Shown here one piece after another: positions 52,089-64,000 of a DNA stretch of 64,000 nucleotides. Each line of letters begins with the position of its first letter. Position 1 is the first letter of the stretch. Both the position numbers and the translations under genes were made by a program. Origin of the DNA: Hydrolagus colliei (lineage: Eukaryota); NCBI GenBank assembly GCA_035084275.1, contig CM068757.1, forward strand, positions 4,774,001-4,838,000. The letters run 5' to 3'. The notes under the pieces were generated by a model that did no database searches, was not told the DNA's origin, and saw only the letters and a program-made list of their open reading frames with translations.

Positions 52089-52782
52089 GGTGGTATACAG
52101 GTTTTCTAAAACAATGTCCAAATATTCAACCACATATTTCATCTCGTTTTCTCTTTTACGGAAGAAACACCATTGACCTCCCAAACAGCTATCCTTTCTA
52201 ATCTGCTCACAATGCTGCCTTGCAGTCATGTCTGCCTTCTACTGCCAGTGTACACACTTACTGAATCAGTATTGATCCCTAAGCCTTCAACCTATTTTAT
52301 CATCATCTTTGAGGCAAGGTCATTATGGTTTTCATTAAACGTTTGAACGGATGCTGATTACTTGAAAATCATATTGATCTTTTTGTTTTATCCTTGTTGA
52401 TCTGCAAATAAGAAACCAACATGATGGAATTTCTAATCCTGACCTTGCTGGGACTTGCATCACACACAGTTCTAGAATTAAAAAAAAGTAGTAGGTAACA
52501 TCGCCAGAGATGAGAATGATACAGGTTTGGGGGAAAAAGAGTTGCTTATATAATATTACATCTATGCACTAAATGAATACCACACCCAATCTATCAAAGG
52601 GTTTTCATGAATGTCTGAAGGACCACCAGTTTGATCTTGTGTCAGAACAATTAAAACACCAGTTACAAATTCTGTTGAGTTTGATATGATATTTATTTCA
52701 AGTAGAACAAATTTTTGTGAACTCATTCATGTTGGAAACTATTTATGAAGGGATTAAACATGATTGTTTTGAGTGCGTTATA

Positions 52783-52847
52783 TAGTGGGGTGGGGGGGAG
52801 TAGTGGGGGTGGGAGTAGTGGGGGTGGGGGTGGGGTGGGATGTGGGA
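52783..52847 (+). repeat. G-rich low-complexity tract with G-quadruplex potential
   Basis: Nine G3+ runs with 1-6 nt spacers, including repeated gagtagtgggggtggg. Confidence 0.8.
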
Positions 52848-53507
52848 ACTGGGTTTACCTTTACGTTTGGAATGGCTGGTGTTGGAAATGTTCTTGGATG
52901 ATGCAACTCTAAAGTGGATAGGATTAGAAATTTCAATATGTTTGTTTCTGAGGAAGATAAAACAAAAAGCAATCAATATGATTTGTATGTAGTCAGCATT
53001 AAATCAATGATGGAGATCATCTACACCTGAATTGTAGGAGTTCAATGATGGCTGCAATGACATTGGAAGAGCACTGGACTCTAAATCATAACACCCTTGT
53101 CCGAGTGACCGTCCAATAAAATACAAAATTAGCTATTATGCTCAAAGGTTTACCTATAAAGGGCCAAACCAGATGCAAACTGTTTGTTGATCCTGAGAGA
53201 GGTTAACCTTTTCTCTAGACAGAAACCTTTTGAAGGTTGTATTGTAATCTGTTGAGACAGATAGGCTTGAAGAAGATTCACTTCAGAAAGCAGCTAACTG
53301 CATCGCACTTTATTTCTTGTTCTGACAGACATGTTTCATTTGAGTGGCTGATTTCTGTGACAATATGTATTGCAACAATTCTTAAAACTGGACTCAGGAT
53401 ATATTTTCTATGCCTCCACTTTGCGGAAAATACAACTCAGCCACTTTACTGTTTAAAAAGTCTGTGGAGGTTTGCTAGCAAATGTACTGCTGACAATGAT
53501 AAGACTA

Positions 53508-53682
53508 ACAACAACTACAACACCAAATTCCATTTGTACAGTGTCTTTCACATCCCAAGGTGCTGGACAATCAGGGATCCACATCCGAGCTGGTAGTTGG
53601 GATCAGGAGTGGTGGGGGACGGGAAGGGTAGGGGTAGGAGTAGGAGGGAGAACGATGGTACGGTCAAAGAGATCTTGAAGGA
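53508..53682 (-). mobile_element. L2 3' end, tail type B
   Basis: aacaacaactacaac...tttgtacagtgtctttcacatcccaaggtgctggaca...ggtacggtcaaagag. Confidence 0.75.
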
Positions 53683-54905
53683 GACAAAATTTATTTGGAA
53701 GTGTGTCCTTCAGGATCTCAGGAAGCCTTTTGCATCAGATACTTTCTTCCACAAATGAATCCACCAAATCTGAACATGAATACAAGCTTTACTAACTCAA
53801 TTTGCCTAAAGCTACGCAGAAAACAAGAGAAGAGCTGTTTTATTCAAAAGGTCTGATGCTGAATTTTTATAGTGGATCATTAGTATATATAAGGACTTTA
53901 TTCCTAGACAGTATTGCAAACTATTTGTATTAATGTTGCGTGAAATTGGATTGTCATCATTTCTTGCTATATAATGTATCAAAATCCTGCACCCTTTGCT
54001 TCCTTTTTCTGCACTTTCTAGCCTTTTAGCATTCCACATTCGTCTCATGCAAAAAGGTTCTGAAAATTACAAGGTTAATCACGATAAAGTCACTCTCCTC
54101 ATGGCATATTTGATAACTGTGTCTATCCGTAACAGTCTCCTCTCCTGTGAGAGTACAAATCAAAGAAAACATTAATTTCAATTGCTGGTAGTCTTTACTC
54201 TGAACAAATTAGTAACAACCCCATGGTTAAAATGGCCTTGGAAAGAAAAATTACAAATACTGCAGCCTTTTAAAAACCTGCACAGCTGGACTGACGGCTT
54301 AATCAGCCATTCATACCTCATTTATACAGCCTACTGATGCAAGCTGAATCCTTCTGCTGTGAATTACAGCGTGCTTAAATGCAAACTGGCAACTGTAATC
54401 CCCAGCACAGAACAAGTATTCAAAGCCAGGAACATGTGGACTCTGCAATACGATGCTCTGTGAAAGGCCTATGTCATGAGATTGCTAGGAGAAAACCAGA
54501 TATAGTGCAGCTCACTGGAATGCATTTGGGGAAAGGGGGGGTAACTTGATTCAGGGGCACTGTGCTGTTTTCACGGTTACAGATCGAAAATGCTGGTGCT
54601 GATGAGGAAAAATATTATCCTGCTGGGTTCTCCTCAAGAGTACGTCAGGCCACTTCACATCGTTCATGAGACCTTGTATAATCTTGCAATGGATTCTGTT
54701 GCTTGTGTGAGTGTGTGCGTTTGCGTGGGTGGGTGCCTTATTTTAATGTCCTTCCTCAAAATAGAATGGCGACTTGTTGAGTCACACGGTTCATTTGAAA
54801 CATAGCTCAACGGAATCTTGCATATAGAGATTCATATAGAGTTTCCAAGCATTGGAAAGTTAGTTTTAAAAGAATCTCATTTCTAGCCTTGTGATATGCA
54901 TATGC

Positions 54906-54985
54906 TTTTATAGAGCACCTTTCACGTCGGGAGGACATCCCAAGTTCTAATGAAGGGCGCTAGACAAGTGTAATTTGTAGTTATT
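54906..54985. mobile_element. Two L2 3'-tail fragments in opposite orientation
   Basis: Minus copy tatagagcacctttcacgtcgggaggacatcccaag abuts plus copy tgaagggcgctagacaagtgtaatttg. Confidence 0.65.
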
Positions 54986-55061
54986 GAATCTCACCAGATC
55001 TGCCTTCTGCTTCAATTCAGATATTTTAGGAACAAGACAGGATCCATCACAAAATAATGTC

Positions 55062-55880
55062 AACCACAACAACAAATAATGTAACAATACTACACTTGTA
55101 TAGCGCCTTTCACGTCAGGAATACATCCCAAGGCGCTGGACTGTCATTGTTTCAGACCCAAGCTGGGGTGGGGATGGGGAAGGTAGAAGGAAAGGGGGGG
55201 ATTTAGGATGACAGATGGGACCGTCGAAGAGGAGTGTCTTGAAGCGGGACTTGAAGGAGGCTATGCAGGGGACGAGGCGGAGGGACTACGGGATGGAGTT
55301 CAGGAGGTTAGGGACAGAGTGGCTGAAGGCTCACGCACAAATGGTGGAGCGGGTGGGGCAGGGGACGTGGAACAGGCTGGATCTGCTAAGCAGAGCGGGT
55401 GGTCAGGTTGGTAGGGAGTTAGGAGGTCACAGAGATAGGGTGGGTTGAGGCCATGGAGGACTTTGAATGTGAGGACCAGGATCTTGAATTAAATCCTCTG
55501 GGTGATAGGGAGGCAATGGAGTCGGGCAAGGATGGGGGAGATGGGGTCACAAAGCTTGGAGCAATGGAGGACACGGGCTGCAGAGTTCTGGATTATCTGA
55601 AGCCTATGGAGGGAGGAATTGGGAAGGCCGACAAGCAGGGCATTAGCGTAGTCGAGCCTGGATGTGATGAAGCCATAAATGAGGGTTTCAGTTACCTGAT
55701 GGGTGAGAGTGCTGGAATCGGGCAATATTGCGGAGTTGAGGGAAGGCAGAATATGTCACGGCTTGGATGTCGGGGAGGAAAGACAGTTGAGGATCGAACA
55801 AGACACCTAGATTCCTGACTAGCTTGGTGAGATTGAGTGTGCAACCATGGAGGTTGATGCTGCCAGTGACTGTCAAGGTT
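55062..55880 (-). mobile_element. 5'-truncated L2 LINE, tail type B (longest copy)
   Basis: Frameshifted ORFs VRNLGVLFDPQLSF... and TETLIYGFITSRLDYANALLVGLP...LQIIQNSAARVL...LARLH; 3' tail at about 55062-55140. Confidence 0.93.
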
Positions 55881-56711
55881 ACAGAACTCATACAGCACAT
55901 GTTGGAAGGCATGTAGCTAGTACCCTCCTTGGTTAAAGAAATCTCATGAAATAGTCATTTAATGTATTGAATATTTCCACTTTGTTTCAACATTCATTCA
56001 ATCCTTCAGGGCTCTGTCTCTCATGCTTTTTCTTTAAAAAAACATCTTGTCTTGCTGTTATTACATTGGCAGAATTTGTTGGCATTATGCTTTGCATCTG
56101 ATGCTATGTCCCTTCCCTGCTTTCTCTTGGCACATCTAATCTAGTCTGTGTAACATTTACATGATCCAATGGTCGACCTTGGCATTCTTCCTAAAAGCTT
56201 TGTAGATGTTCCTTTTTTTCTTAATCTCACTTGCAATTTCCCACTGAGTAGTTGATGCTGTACGATTTGAGAGCTGGCCTCAGATTTGGCTGGCGAGCAT
56301 TCTTACAAACTAATGTTTGTGGTGTACAACCAAGTGGAGCTTAATTAACAACTTGAAACAAATACCAACACAAGGTTTGGCTGTGTGTGGCAAGTCCAAT
56401 TAAAATGATCTCAAATAGCAAATTGGTACCTCGGACTGGCATCCCATTGACTTGTCAGATTTTGCAGACTTCATCTACGTTTAGACCAAATGAATCATAT
56501 TCACATCCAAGGAACTTTATATTCCATCCAAGCATCTAAATGCTTGCATTTATTCACTCTCCTAATGTAATTATAGATGCATTGTAGAAAAAGAAAAGAG
56601 TGAAATGGTTTAGCAAATGGAACGATCAAGGAACCAAACAAATTGGGCATCCACATCTATAGCAGCCTCAAATATTACAAGATATCATCAATTACTTTGA
56701 TTTGGACAGAT

Positions 56712-56788
56712 CTTTTCAAACAGCTGGCACAGACACGATGGGCCAAATGGCCTCCTTCTGCGTTATATAGTTCTACGATTCTATGATA
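56712..56788 (+). mobile_element. CR1 LINE 3' terminus
   Basis: cagctggcacagacacgatgggccaaatggcctccttctg...ttctacgattctatg, the canonical CR1 end with (GATTCTAT)-type repeat. Confidence 0.8.
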
Positions 56789-56884
56789 CCTAGGTATTGG
56801 TAGCCAGTCCAAGATTCGCTCCAAACTGCATCATTATCAAGAGCTTTTAGAAGATAAAATGGTCATTCTCTTCAAATTCATGTA

Positions 56885-56952
56885 CAACAACAACAATGTC
56901 AAAATGACATTTGTATAGCGCCTTTCACGTTGGGAGGACGACCCAAGGCGTT
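56885..56952 (-). mobile_element. L2 3'-tail micro-fragment
   Basis: caacaacaac...catttgtatagcgcctttcacgttgggaggacgacccaaggcg. Confidence 0.8.
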
Positions 56953-56983
56953 GTACAAGGTATATATTCAAGGATTGTTTCTT

Positions 56984-57282
56984 TCACTCCTTCAGGTTAA
57001 AGGCAGGATTCATAAAAAAAGTACAGGATTGAAATTTGGGTTGAATGGTGTAGCAGTTTTTGATATTATCATGACTGTTACCACTTAAATTGGCAATGAC
57101 AACATCACCATCTACCCTAATGTTTGAAGCAAGCCATGGTTCAGTTACTGAGTATGGTTCCAATTTAGAGGAGGATACAGATCCATCTACTGTGGCATTA
57201 TGTCTGAGAGCAATATGCTTCAGAGACACATTTATATTAGGAAGTATAAGAATGATACTTTGTGAGGTTCCAGGAAATTCTG
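56984..57282 (-). CDS. Candidate terminal coding exon (EFPGTSQSIILILPN...CTFFMNPAFNLKE*); gene unidentified
   Basis: Acceptor ccctacattttatattctgtcag|, phase 1, 98 open codons to TGA, ends in an FxNPxF-like motif; AATAAA at 56549-56554 (-). ORF length alone is not significant. Confidence 0.3.
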
Positions 57283-60200
57283 CTGACAGAATATAAAATG
57301 TAGGGCTTTGGATGTGACAATTTTACTTGAATGTGAAAAAAAATGCAGCCCGGCATAACAAACAATCATTGATAACAAAAAGTTATCAATTTATTAACTA
57401 CAGGTCACTGTCAATATCTCATGCCAGAGCACACATCATCCGTACTTATGAAGTATTGTTCTGACTGTTCCAGTTCCTTTTTATTTCCCTCCACAAATTG
57501 GAATTAAAGCCAACTGTCTCTTTGCATAACCGTATGCAGTGATAGTATTGGAATAAGTAACTGCATTGAAATGGTTTGTGCTCCTTTGCAATATTTGGAC
57601 ATTAATCCATTGTTACAGATTACTCCTTCACACCATGAGCAGCAAGACAAAGAGAGCGAAAACAATCAAATTCCCAAGGCTGCAATTTTTGTTGGCCTGA
57701 CTTATTTTCATGTGTTTCCTGTGACACTTTTGCAAAAGTGTTCTTTTTGCTCCTCGCAGAAAATCATCCGAACCAAACAGAAAACATGATGGCTTAATTA
57801 GAACTTTTTTTTAGCACTTAGCTATTTTACCAATTGTTTTTTAAAGTAGGAGGCTCAACACATCAATTATGCGGGAAAAAGAGAACTGCATTCAAGCCAA
57901 TGCTTCGCAAAACCTCTCGAATTTTATTTGAAAAGCCATGTGCATCCTCTTGAGTTTTTGAACGAAAATAATGAGAAAACTTTCCCTGGGAATTCTTATA
58001 ATATAGCAGACGTATGAAATACTCTCTCCAATTTGACACGTTTTGATTGTCATTGGTTTGCAATGAGTTGCATAGCTCTTCTCATTATTTCGTTGGTTGC
58101 ACAATTTCTTTGTTCTCGAGTCTAATTGAACTGCACTGTCAGTGAGCTGCAAGAACTCAAGGAATACATCAACAATTGACATGAATGACGCGATGGGGTT
58201 CTTTATTGCATTTATTCACACGCCGTTTTGCCTTCAACTGTCTCGGGAGTCATCTACACTGTTATCATTTCAACTTTTTTTTACCATATGGTTTAGCAGC
58301 ACAAGAAGAAATACAACGTTCAAACGAATAGAATGCTTCAAAAAAAAGAACGTGGCTGCGTGCAATATATATCTTGTCCGATGACTGAACACTTTATAAA
58401 AAGAAGTACGATTCATAATTCAGTTCATTCCAATTCAAAATAATGCAAAATGCAATCACCACCAATGTTCATTCATTCATTCATCCTTGCCAATCTGTTG
58501 CAAGGTGAAGAATAGAATAACTCAGTAAGTTTCAAACTCTATAGTGATGATACCCAAGGTCTGGTGTTTCACATCATTGGTAAAAGCTTTTCTTTTCTCC
58601 TTTTGGTCCATCTAAGAGCTGATGAAACCCATCATATGCAGTGATAGATGCGCTGTACTGTCGGTCTGGCGAGTGGAAATATTGCTAATAAATCTTTATG
58701 TGTGAAATTGACCATGGATTATTATTTTCTTTAATATACTAAACCACATTGATTTTACATTGACCTTAGGATGTTCTTCATTACAAACTTCCAAATGAAC
58801 TTACCATCAATATCAAGCTTTGATTTCATACCACATTTAGTATTATATAATGTCAAACAATATAGTCGTTGATGCACCATTGAGAATATCGACGTTTATA
58901 CGTTTCCAAACAGATGATGAGTTTCTTTCCAAATTGTAACCAAAAATGAATAGGAGAAAGAAGTTACTGTGTTTCCTGAAGATAATAAGTCATTGACAGA
59001 ATGCCGAATGGAACACATAAGCATTCAGACAAACTGGTTGTATTGATATCATTAAAAACACACGTTTTGATGCTATAGATTTTAGGGCATCATTTGTATT
59101 TCCAGGTAGACTATTGGGTGTAAACTGAAGGCTAAAATTCAAACAATGACAATACTCCTGGCATTTATTACAGTGAAGTTCTATGTTCAACTATATGTTC
59201 TGTGATATTGACCTGTCAAATGTATATCAAAATGCAACTGTGACATTCTACTTTGCTTTGTGTCTTCATTTTTATGGAAAGCATTGTTAAATTTCCTACT
59301 CTGAATATGAAGTATTCATATTTTGAAGGATCAATAATGTATTTGAAGTCTATTTTTTGTTAGGGCGTGTAATTTATTTTCCCCTTCAGCCTGTGGAAAT
59401 CAAGGGAAAATTTTCATTACTACAAATAGAAATTCAATACATTGTAATTTGAATGGTAAGTCAAGGTAAGCAAGGAGCATACTATTCAAGGATAGACACA
59501 CACATGACTTAAATGTGGACGCATGGTCATAATTCACTGCCATTTTTGTTATTTTACCTTCTGTTCGATTGCGCTCACGACCATGAATGTCGTAAGTGAT
59601 CAAATATTTTGTTTGGCTTTCAATAAAGCAATAAGAAACAATTTTCTTTCAACACATGTAAACTGCATCAACTCTTTGAAAGTTTTATTTTGCACTATAA
59701 GTTACTCACATTGAACAATAAATTATAGATTCTTGGTGCCTGTCATCCGGGTTGTTTATTAGTTGGCTTTAGATCGTTGAGGTGATCAGAGCATTTCTTA
59801 AATGAGCTTTGCTTTCGCTTAACAATATAATGAATGCAAATGTCAGGGGATTGAAACATTCCCCCACTAAACCCCCTCTAGTGACATTGTCAAGCACTTT
59901 TAGAGTTGGTACAATTAATAAGGGTTAGATTAGAGTAAAGCTTTTCAATATTAATTTCAATCCTTATTTATTTTCATCTTGTGTCAAATTACAGGAGTTT
60001 AATGCTCATTTAACATTCCATTGGCCTTCCCCAAGACTCAAGATTTGGTAAATGTTTGATGGCTCACAGAAAGTTCATATTAATCATTTTCTTTGTTAAT
60101 CTATTTCTTATAGATAGTTACAAGCCTCCTTCAGGAGTTCAATTAAAATCCACAAGGTGGGTATTCTGGAGAGATGAGATCAGGTAGGCTAAGCTAAAAG

Positions 60201-61646
60201 GCTTTCTTCATCCAAACCAAGCTTGTGATTAACGCACTTTGAATGTTCTGAATGCAATCAGGACAGAAAGGATCTAACAATCTTAAAAACAAAGACTAAA
60301 ATAGTGATTAGGTTTACATTCAGAGATGTCTAATTTTTGCAGCATTTGTTTACACGTTGAACAAGAGAGAAAAAGATTTCCTCATTTAAAGAATGAGCCC
60401 ATCAATGATTTTCCTTCCAGCCTCTTTTACAAACACACAATTGAGAAGTAATCCCCAATTTGCAAAGTACTTCGGAAACATTTGGATAGTGAGGATGGCA
60501 GTAACCTGTGTTCTGATTGAGTCAGCGTTGCATTATCTTTGCGTAACAATAAATAGTAACCCAACAGCATCCGTCTCTATCACAGTCTTGTGCTTCAACT
60601 ATGACTTGGGAGACATCACTCTTTAGAATGAATGTATAATTGTGAGCAGGATTAAAACCAGTGTCGCTGTCACAATTACACTAATTGGAGGTACAGTATT
60701 ATGAAAAGAAAGTTAATTTTCTTTCGCGTACATGGGTTGTATGGTCAAAGAGTGGACAATAAAGAATGAAACATGGCACATATGCATTTTGCTGAGCGTT
60801 GGACGTAGCTTGATTCACATTTGACACCTGACAAGTGCAGTCATTTACAATCTGTTTTTAGGAACTGAGCTATGTCAAAAGGGAAAGGCAGAGAAAGAAA
60901 GAGAGAGAGAGAAAAGGTGAGCGGAAGGGATAGTCTAGGCTTTGTGAGATATATTGATTCGAAGACTTCTTTGTCCGGAATTTTAAAAGTTACAGCAAAT
61001 AAAGAGGCCATTAAACATATTGAGTTGATGCTGATACTAACTCCATTGGAACTGTATGTCCAAATCCAAGTTCCCTGTACCCTTTTATATTGCTTCACTT
61101 TAAAAACTTGCAGTTTTTCTCTGTAATATTGTTATGGTTTTAGCTTCACTCAAGTGACTTCACTAGTCACTTGAGCACAAAGCATTCCATGTTATCTCCC
61201 TGCATGGCAAGCCTGAGTTTATATCTCCTTGTTACTGATTACACTCCAGGGAATGAAGTACAGAAAAGATAATGCCAGCAAAAAACAAAAATAAATCAAA
61301 TTTACACTTTTCTTTTCACAATTTAAATACAGGATAACACTACTGTAGCCTATTTGGAAAGATACAGAGACCAGTTTACATTCATTTTAGATTGATATAG
61401 CACATTTATTTATGTTTATATTCATAGCACATTTTGTATTTATTTATGAATCATACCTCCCACTCTGTCTCTCATTCCCATAGAGAGCGATGGAAAGATG
61501 GAAAGATGGAGAGGGAGGTATGAGTCAGCCCACATGTCAATGGCCACATTATGTAATATCAATCGCCTATGGGCGGTGAAACGTATTATGCCCTCAAATA
61601 TATGGGGCGTAACTGATTCAACACCAAGTGAAAACTTCAGAAAGCT

Positions 61647-61912
61647 GGATTCCATTGTGTATTGTGCATATGATCTGCGAGAGACGTGGGTTCAACTCCA
61701 GGGTGAAAACTTGGGCAGGTTTCCTTATTCCACATACCTGATAATAATCCCTCAAGAAAAAGAATACAACAATAAATTGGTCATCTCTAACCACGACTGT
61801 ATGTGGAACACTGCTGTGCTGTATATTTCACCCAGAAATATACAGTCAATTTATTTTACAGTATATTCTGTGAAGTGCTTTGAGAAATCTAAAAGTTGTG
61901 AAAAGCATCAAA
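61647..61912 (+). mobile_element. Near-full-length tRNA-derived SINE
   Basis: gagacgtgggttcaactcc...ttgggcaggtttccttattccacatacctgataataatc...gtatattctgtgaagtgctttgaga; family of 41016. Confidence 0.85.
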
Positions 61913-61981
61913 AAACAACTTAACAACAACAAGTTCGATTTATATAGTGCCCTCCACGCTGGACGGCGTATCAGAGCGCTT
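61913..61981 (-). mobile_element. L2 tail type A micro-fragment inserted antisense into the SINE tail
   Basis: aacaacaacaagttcgatttatatagtgccctccacgctggacggcgtatcagagcgctt is the reverse of 24536-24600. Confidence 0.75.
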
Positions 61982-62158
61982 AAATGTATGGAATATTATT
62001 ATTATTCCTTCTGGAAACTGTTTAAAGTTTGCAATGTCTTTGCATTCTAAAACTATTGTTTTCATTGAAAGTTTGCAAATTAAAATTTAGTTTCCTGACA
62101 CAGGACAGCTTCAGTCAAGTCATTCTATGAGAGGCTGAACTTCCAGAATATTAGTTAC

Positions 62159-62232
62159 CTTTCCTCTATATTAGTGATTGACGACACCATATCGGATGTC
62201 AATAGAAGACGAAAGAAATCTAGAAACGATTC
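62159..62232 (-). CDS. Candidate internal exon (ESFLDFFRLLLTSDMVSSITNIEE), phase 0 to 2; gene unidentified
   Basis: Acceptor tcttttaaaatctacag|, donor AG|gtaact, only one of three frames open, amphipathic protein-like sequence. Confidence 0.35.
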
Positions 62233-63635
62233 CTGTAGATTTTAAAAGATTCAGCCATTGCTAATGAGTGGAATAAAGTTAGGTGCTTCTGACACATCTG
62301 AATAAACCTGACATCTTCTTATGTGCATATTGAATGAATTACCACAGGGGTGCATCGAGATTGACAAGCATCCAGAAAACACGATCAGATTAGATTCAAG
62401 GCAATACTGTACTACCTTCAAATTTAAATGTGAAACAGTTTCTGGCTTCAAAGTAAGATGGAACTTCACTTGTCTGCCTTCTGAACTCCATGTTGTTGAA
62501 GAAATTACCAAGCATTATTAACTTGGGAGTCTTAATAACTGCTTTGTAGTTCACTTGAATTGTCAAAACAATTAGCTCTACTTAGGCAACCTTGCTAAGT
62601 AGGGTCATAAGAATGGATAGATCGGGGAAGAGGCAAGCCACACTGCAGAAACTGATAGATGGTGTTTTGTTTTGAGAGCTTGTGGATATTTATATTGCAT
62701 TCTAAAAGGAGCTCAGAACTGAAATTAATTGGAAGGAAGCCAATAATATGCGCAGAATGAAAACAGGTACACTTGCCAATGCAATGATCCTTTTGATTTT
62801 GCACATATGTAGGGGAGTGGAAGAAAATCCTTTTAACACAGTATTGGTAATTATACTTCATAAGAGACTTCTTAGATAATTTAAGCAAAAATGAATTAAT
62901 TGCTAATGCTCTTGAAATGTTGCAGAGAATATGCATCAGGCTGAACAGTTGTGCTCACTCTTGGTGTATCATGGAAATTAAAATACCACACCTCCACAAA
63001 AAGTGGACTGTGATATGCTGAGATTTTTGTTTGAACATATTGTCGTTCAGCACATGTCTGTTTGCGAAACCTCAGGGATGAGTACAGTCTTTAGGCCAAA
63101 CCTATATTAGTATTGATACGCTGCAGGCATCATGGATCATTTGCATAAACGATTTGGCAATTACCAGTTTTAATTGACTCCAAGAATTAGTTAATTTACT
63201 CTTTTATGCGTATTCATTGACTGCCAGTGTCACTGCCACAGAAGTCAATTGGAACTATATATTGCTAGCCAAAGCATAATTCAAGGTATGATTGTTGCTG
63301 CAATATCTTTTTGTACATAATCCCAGATATATTTCTCAAGTGTGACCAACATATTATGTTGACATTTTGCATTGGGGAACTCTATTTCAACATAGCTGTA
63401 CAATAACCACCCAATCATTGTGCATTTAGGGCCCCTTCTATGTTGTGTTCATTATTCGCCTTCTCTGCCTGGAGACTGTATGACATTTGATTCACAAAAC
63501 ACAATGAAAGCAATGATAATGAATCACAAGTATACTTAGCTTGGCCAGTTTTCCTCACTTATCTGTGGAAGAACGCCTTATAACAGATGTATAAAACCCA
63601 TTCAGTGAGTCCCTTTTAAAGTCATAAGAATTGCA

Positions 63636-63694
63636 GCAACAACAAAATTACACACATATAGTGCCTTTCACGTCAGGAGGACGTCCCAAGGCAC
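63636..63694 (-). mobile_element. L2 3'-tail micro-fragment
   Basis: caacaacaaaattacacacatatagtgcctttcacgtcaggaggacgtcccaaggcact. Confidence 0.8.
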
Positions 63695-64000
63695 TGAAAT
63701 TACAAATGTTTTTCTCCGCAGCTTATTAAAACTTTCATCTAAAATAAGAGTGGCTGTTAGCAAAAAGCAGCTGTTAAAATGCAATTAACGTTGCACCTGG
63801 CTGGAATTTAAAATCCCATCAATGAGATATTGTGGGAAATCTCTCCTTTTAACTACAGTATACAGAATGTCAAAGTTCAACACAACCTTAATTAACTTGT
63901 AAGTGTTATGAAACACAAGCTACTGCTATGTTTGCGTAGTCTTGGTGTCTTTCTATGCAGTTTAACTGGGGACAAAATCTGCATTCCATGTATTGACAAA

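Noticed and set aside
58805-58975. Minus-strand exon with good splice sites (cttcag| ... G|gtaagt)
   Set aside because: Stops in all three frames between these sites; at most a non-coding exon.
1-64000. Most of the 60-110 aa ORFs in the supplied track
   Set aside because: Their number and length are what chance gives in eukaryotic non-coding DNA; they show no domains, and many overlap SINEs or LINEs or use non-ATG starts.

Overview
AT-rich vertebrate genomic DNA that is almost entirely non-coding. The repeats are L2 LINE 3' ends with (GTT)n tails, tRNA-headed Deu-domain SINEs with L2-type tails, CR1 ends and a hammerhead-bearing shark-type repeat. This mix points to a cartilaginous fish, probably a holocephalan (inference). 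I could not name any host gene. The only ORFs with recognisable protein are C-terminal ORF2 pieces of truncated L2 elements. Best-supported structures: (1) a non-autonomous hAT element (15122-17023) carrying a solo LTR and an L2; (2) three copies of a Penelope-type repeat whose consensus is a minimal, dimer-type hammerhead ribozyme, one split by an L2; (3) about 14 very short L2 3'-tail insertions; (4) a perfect 37-bp direct repeat and several perfect hairpins or duplications at repeat junctions. A few splice-site-bounded exon candidates are reported at low confidence: a possible signal-peptide exon at 22.4 kb (-), a possible gene 3' end at 57-62 kb (-), and a possible two-exon micropeptide at 12.1 kb (+). 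I see no solid evidence for a novel multi-gene system.
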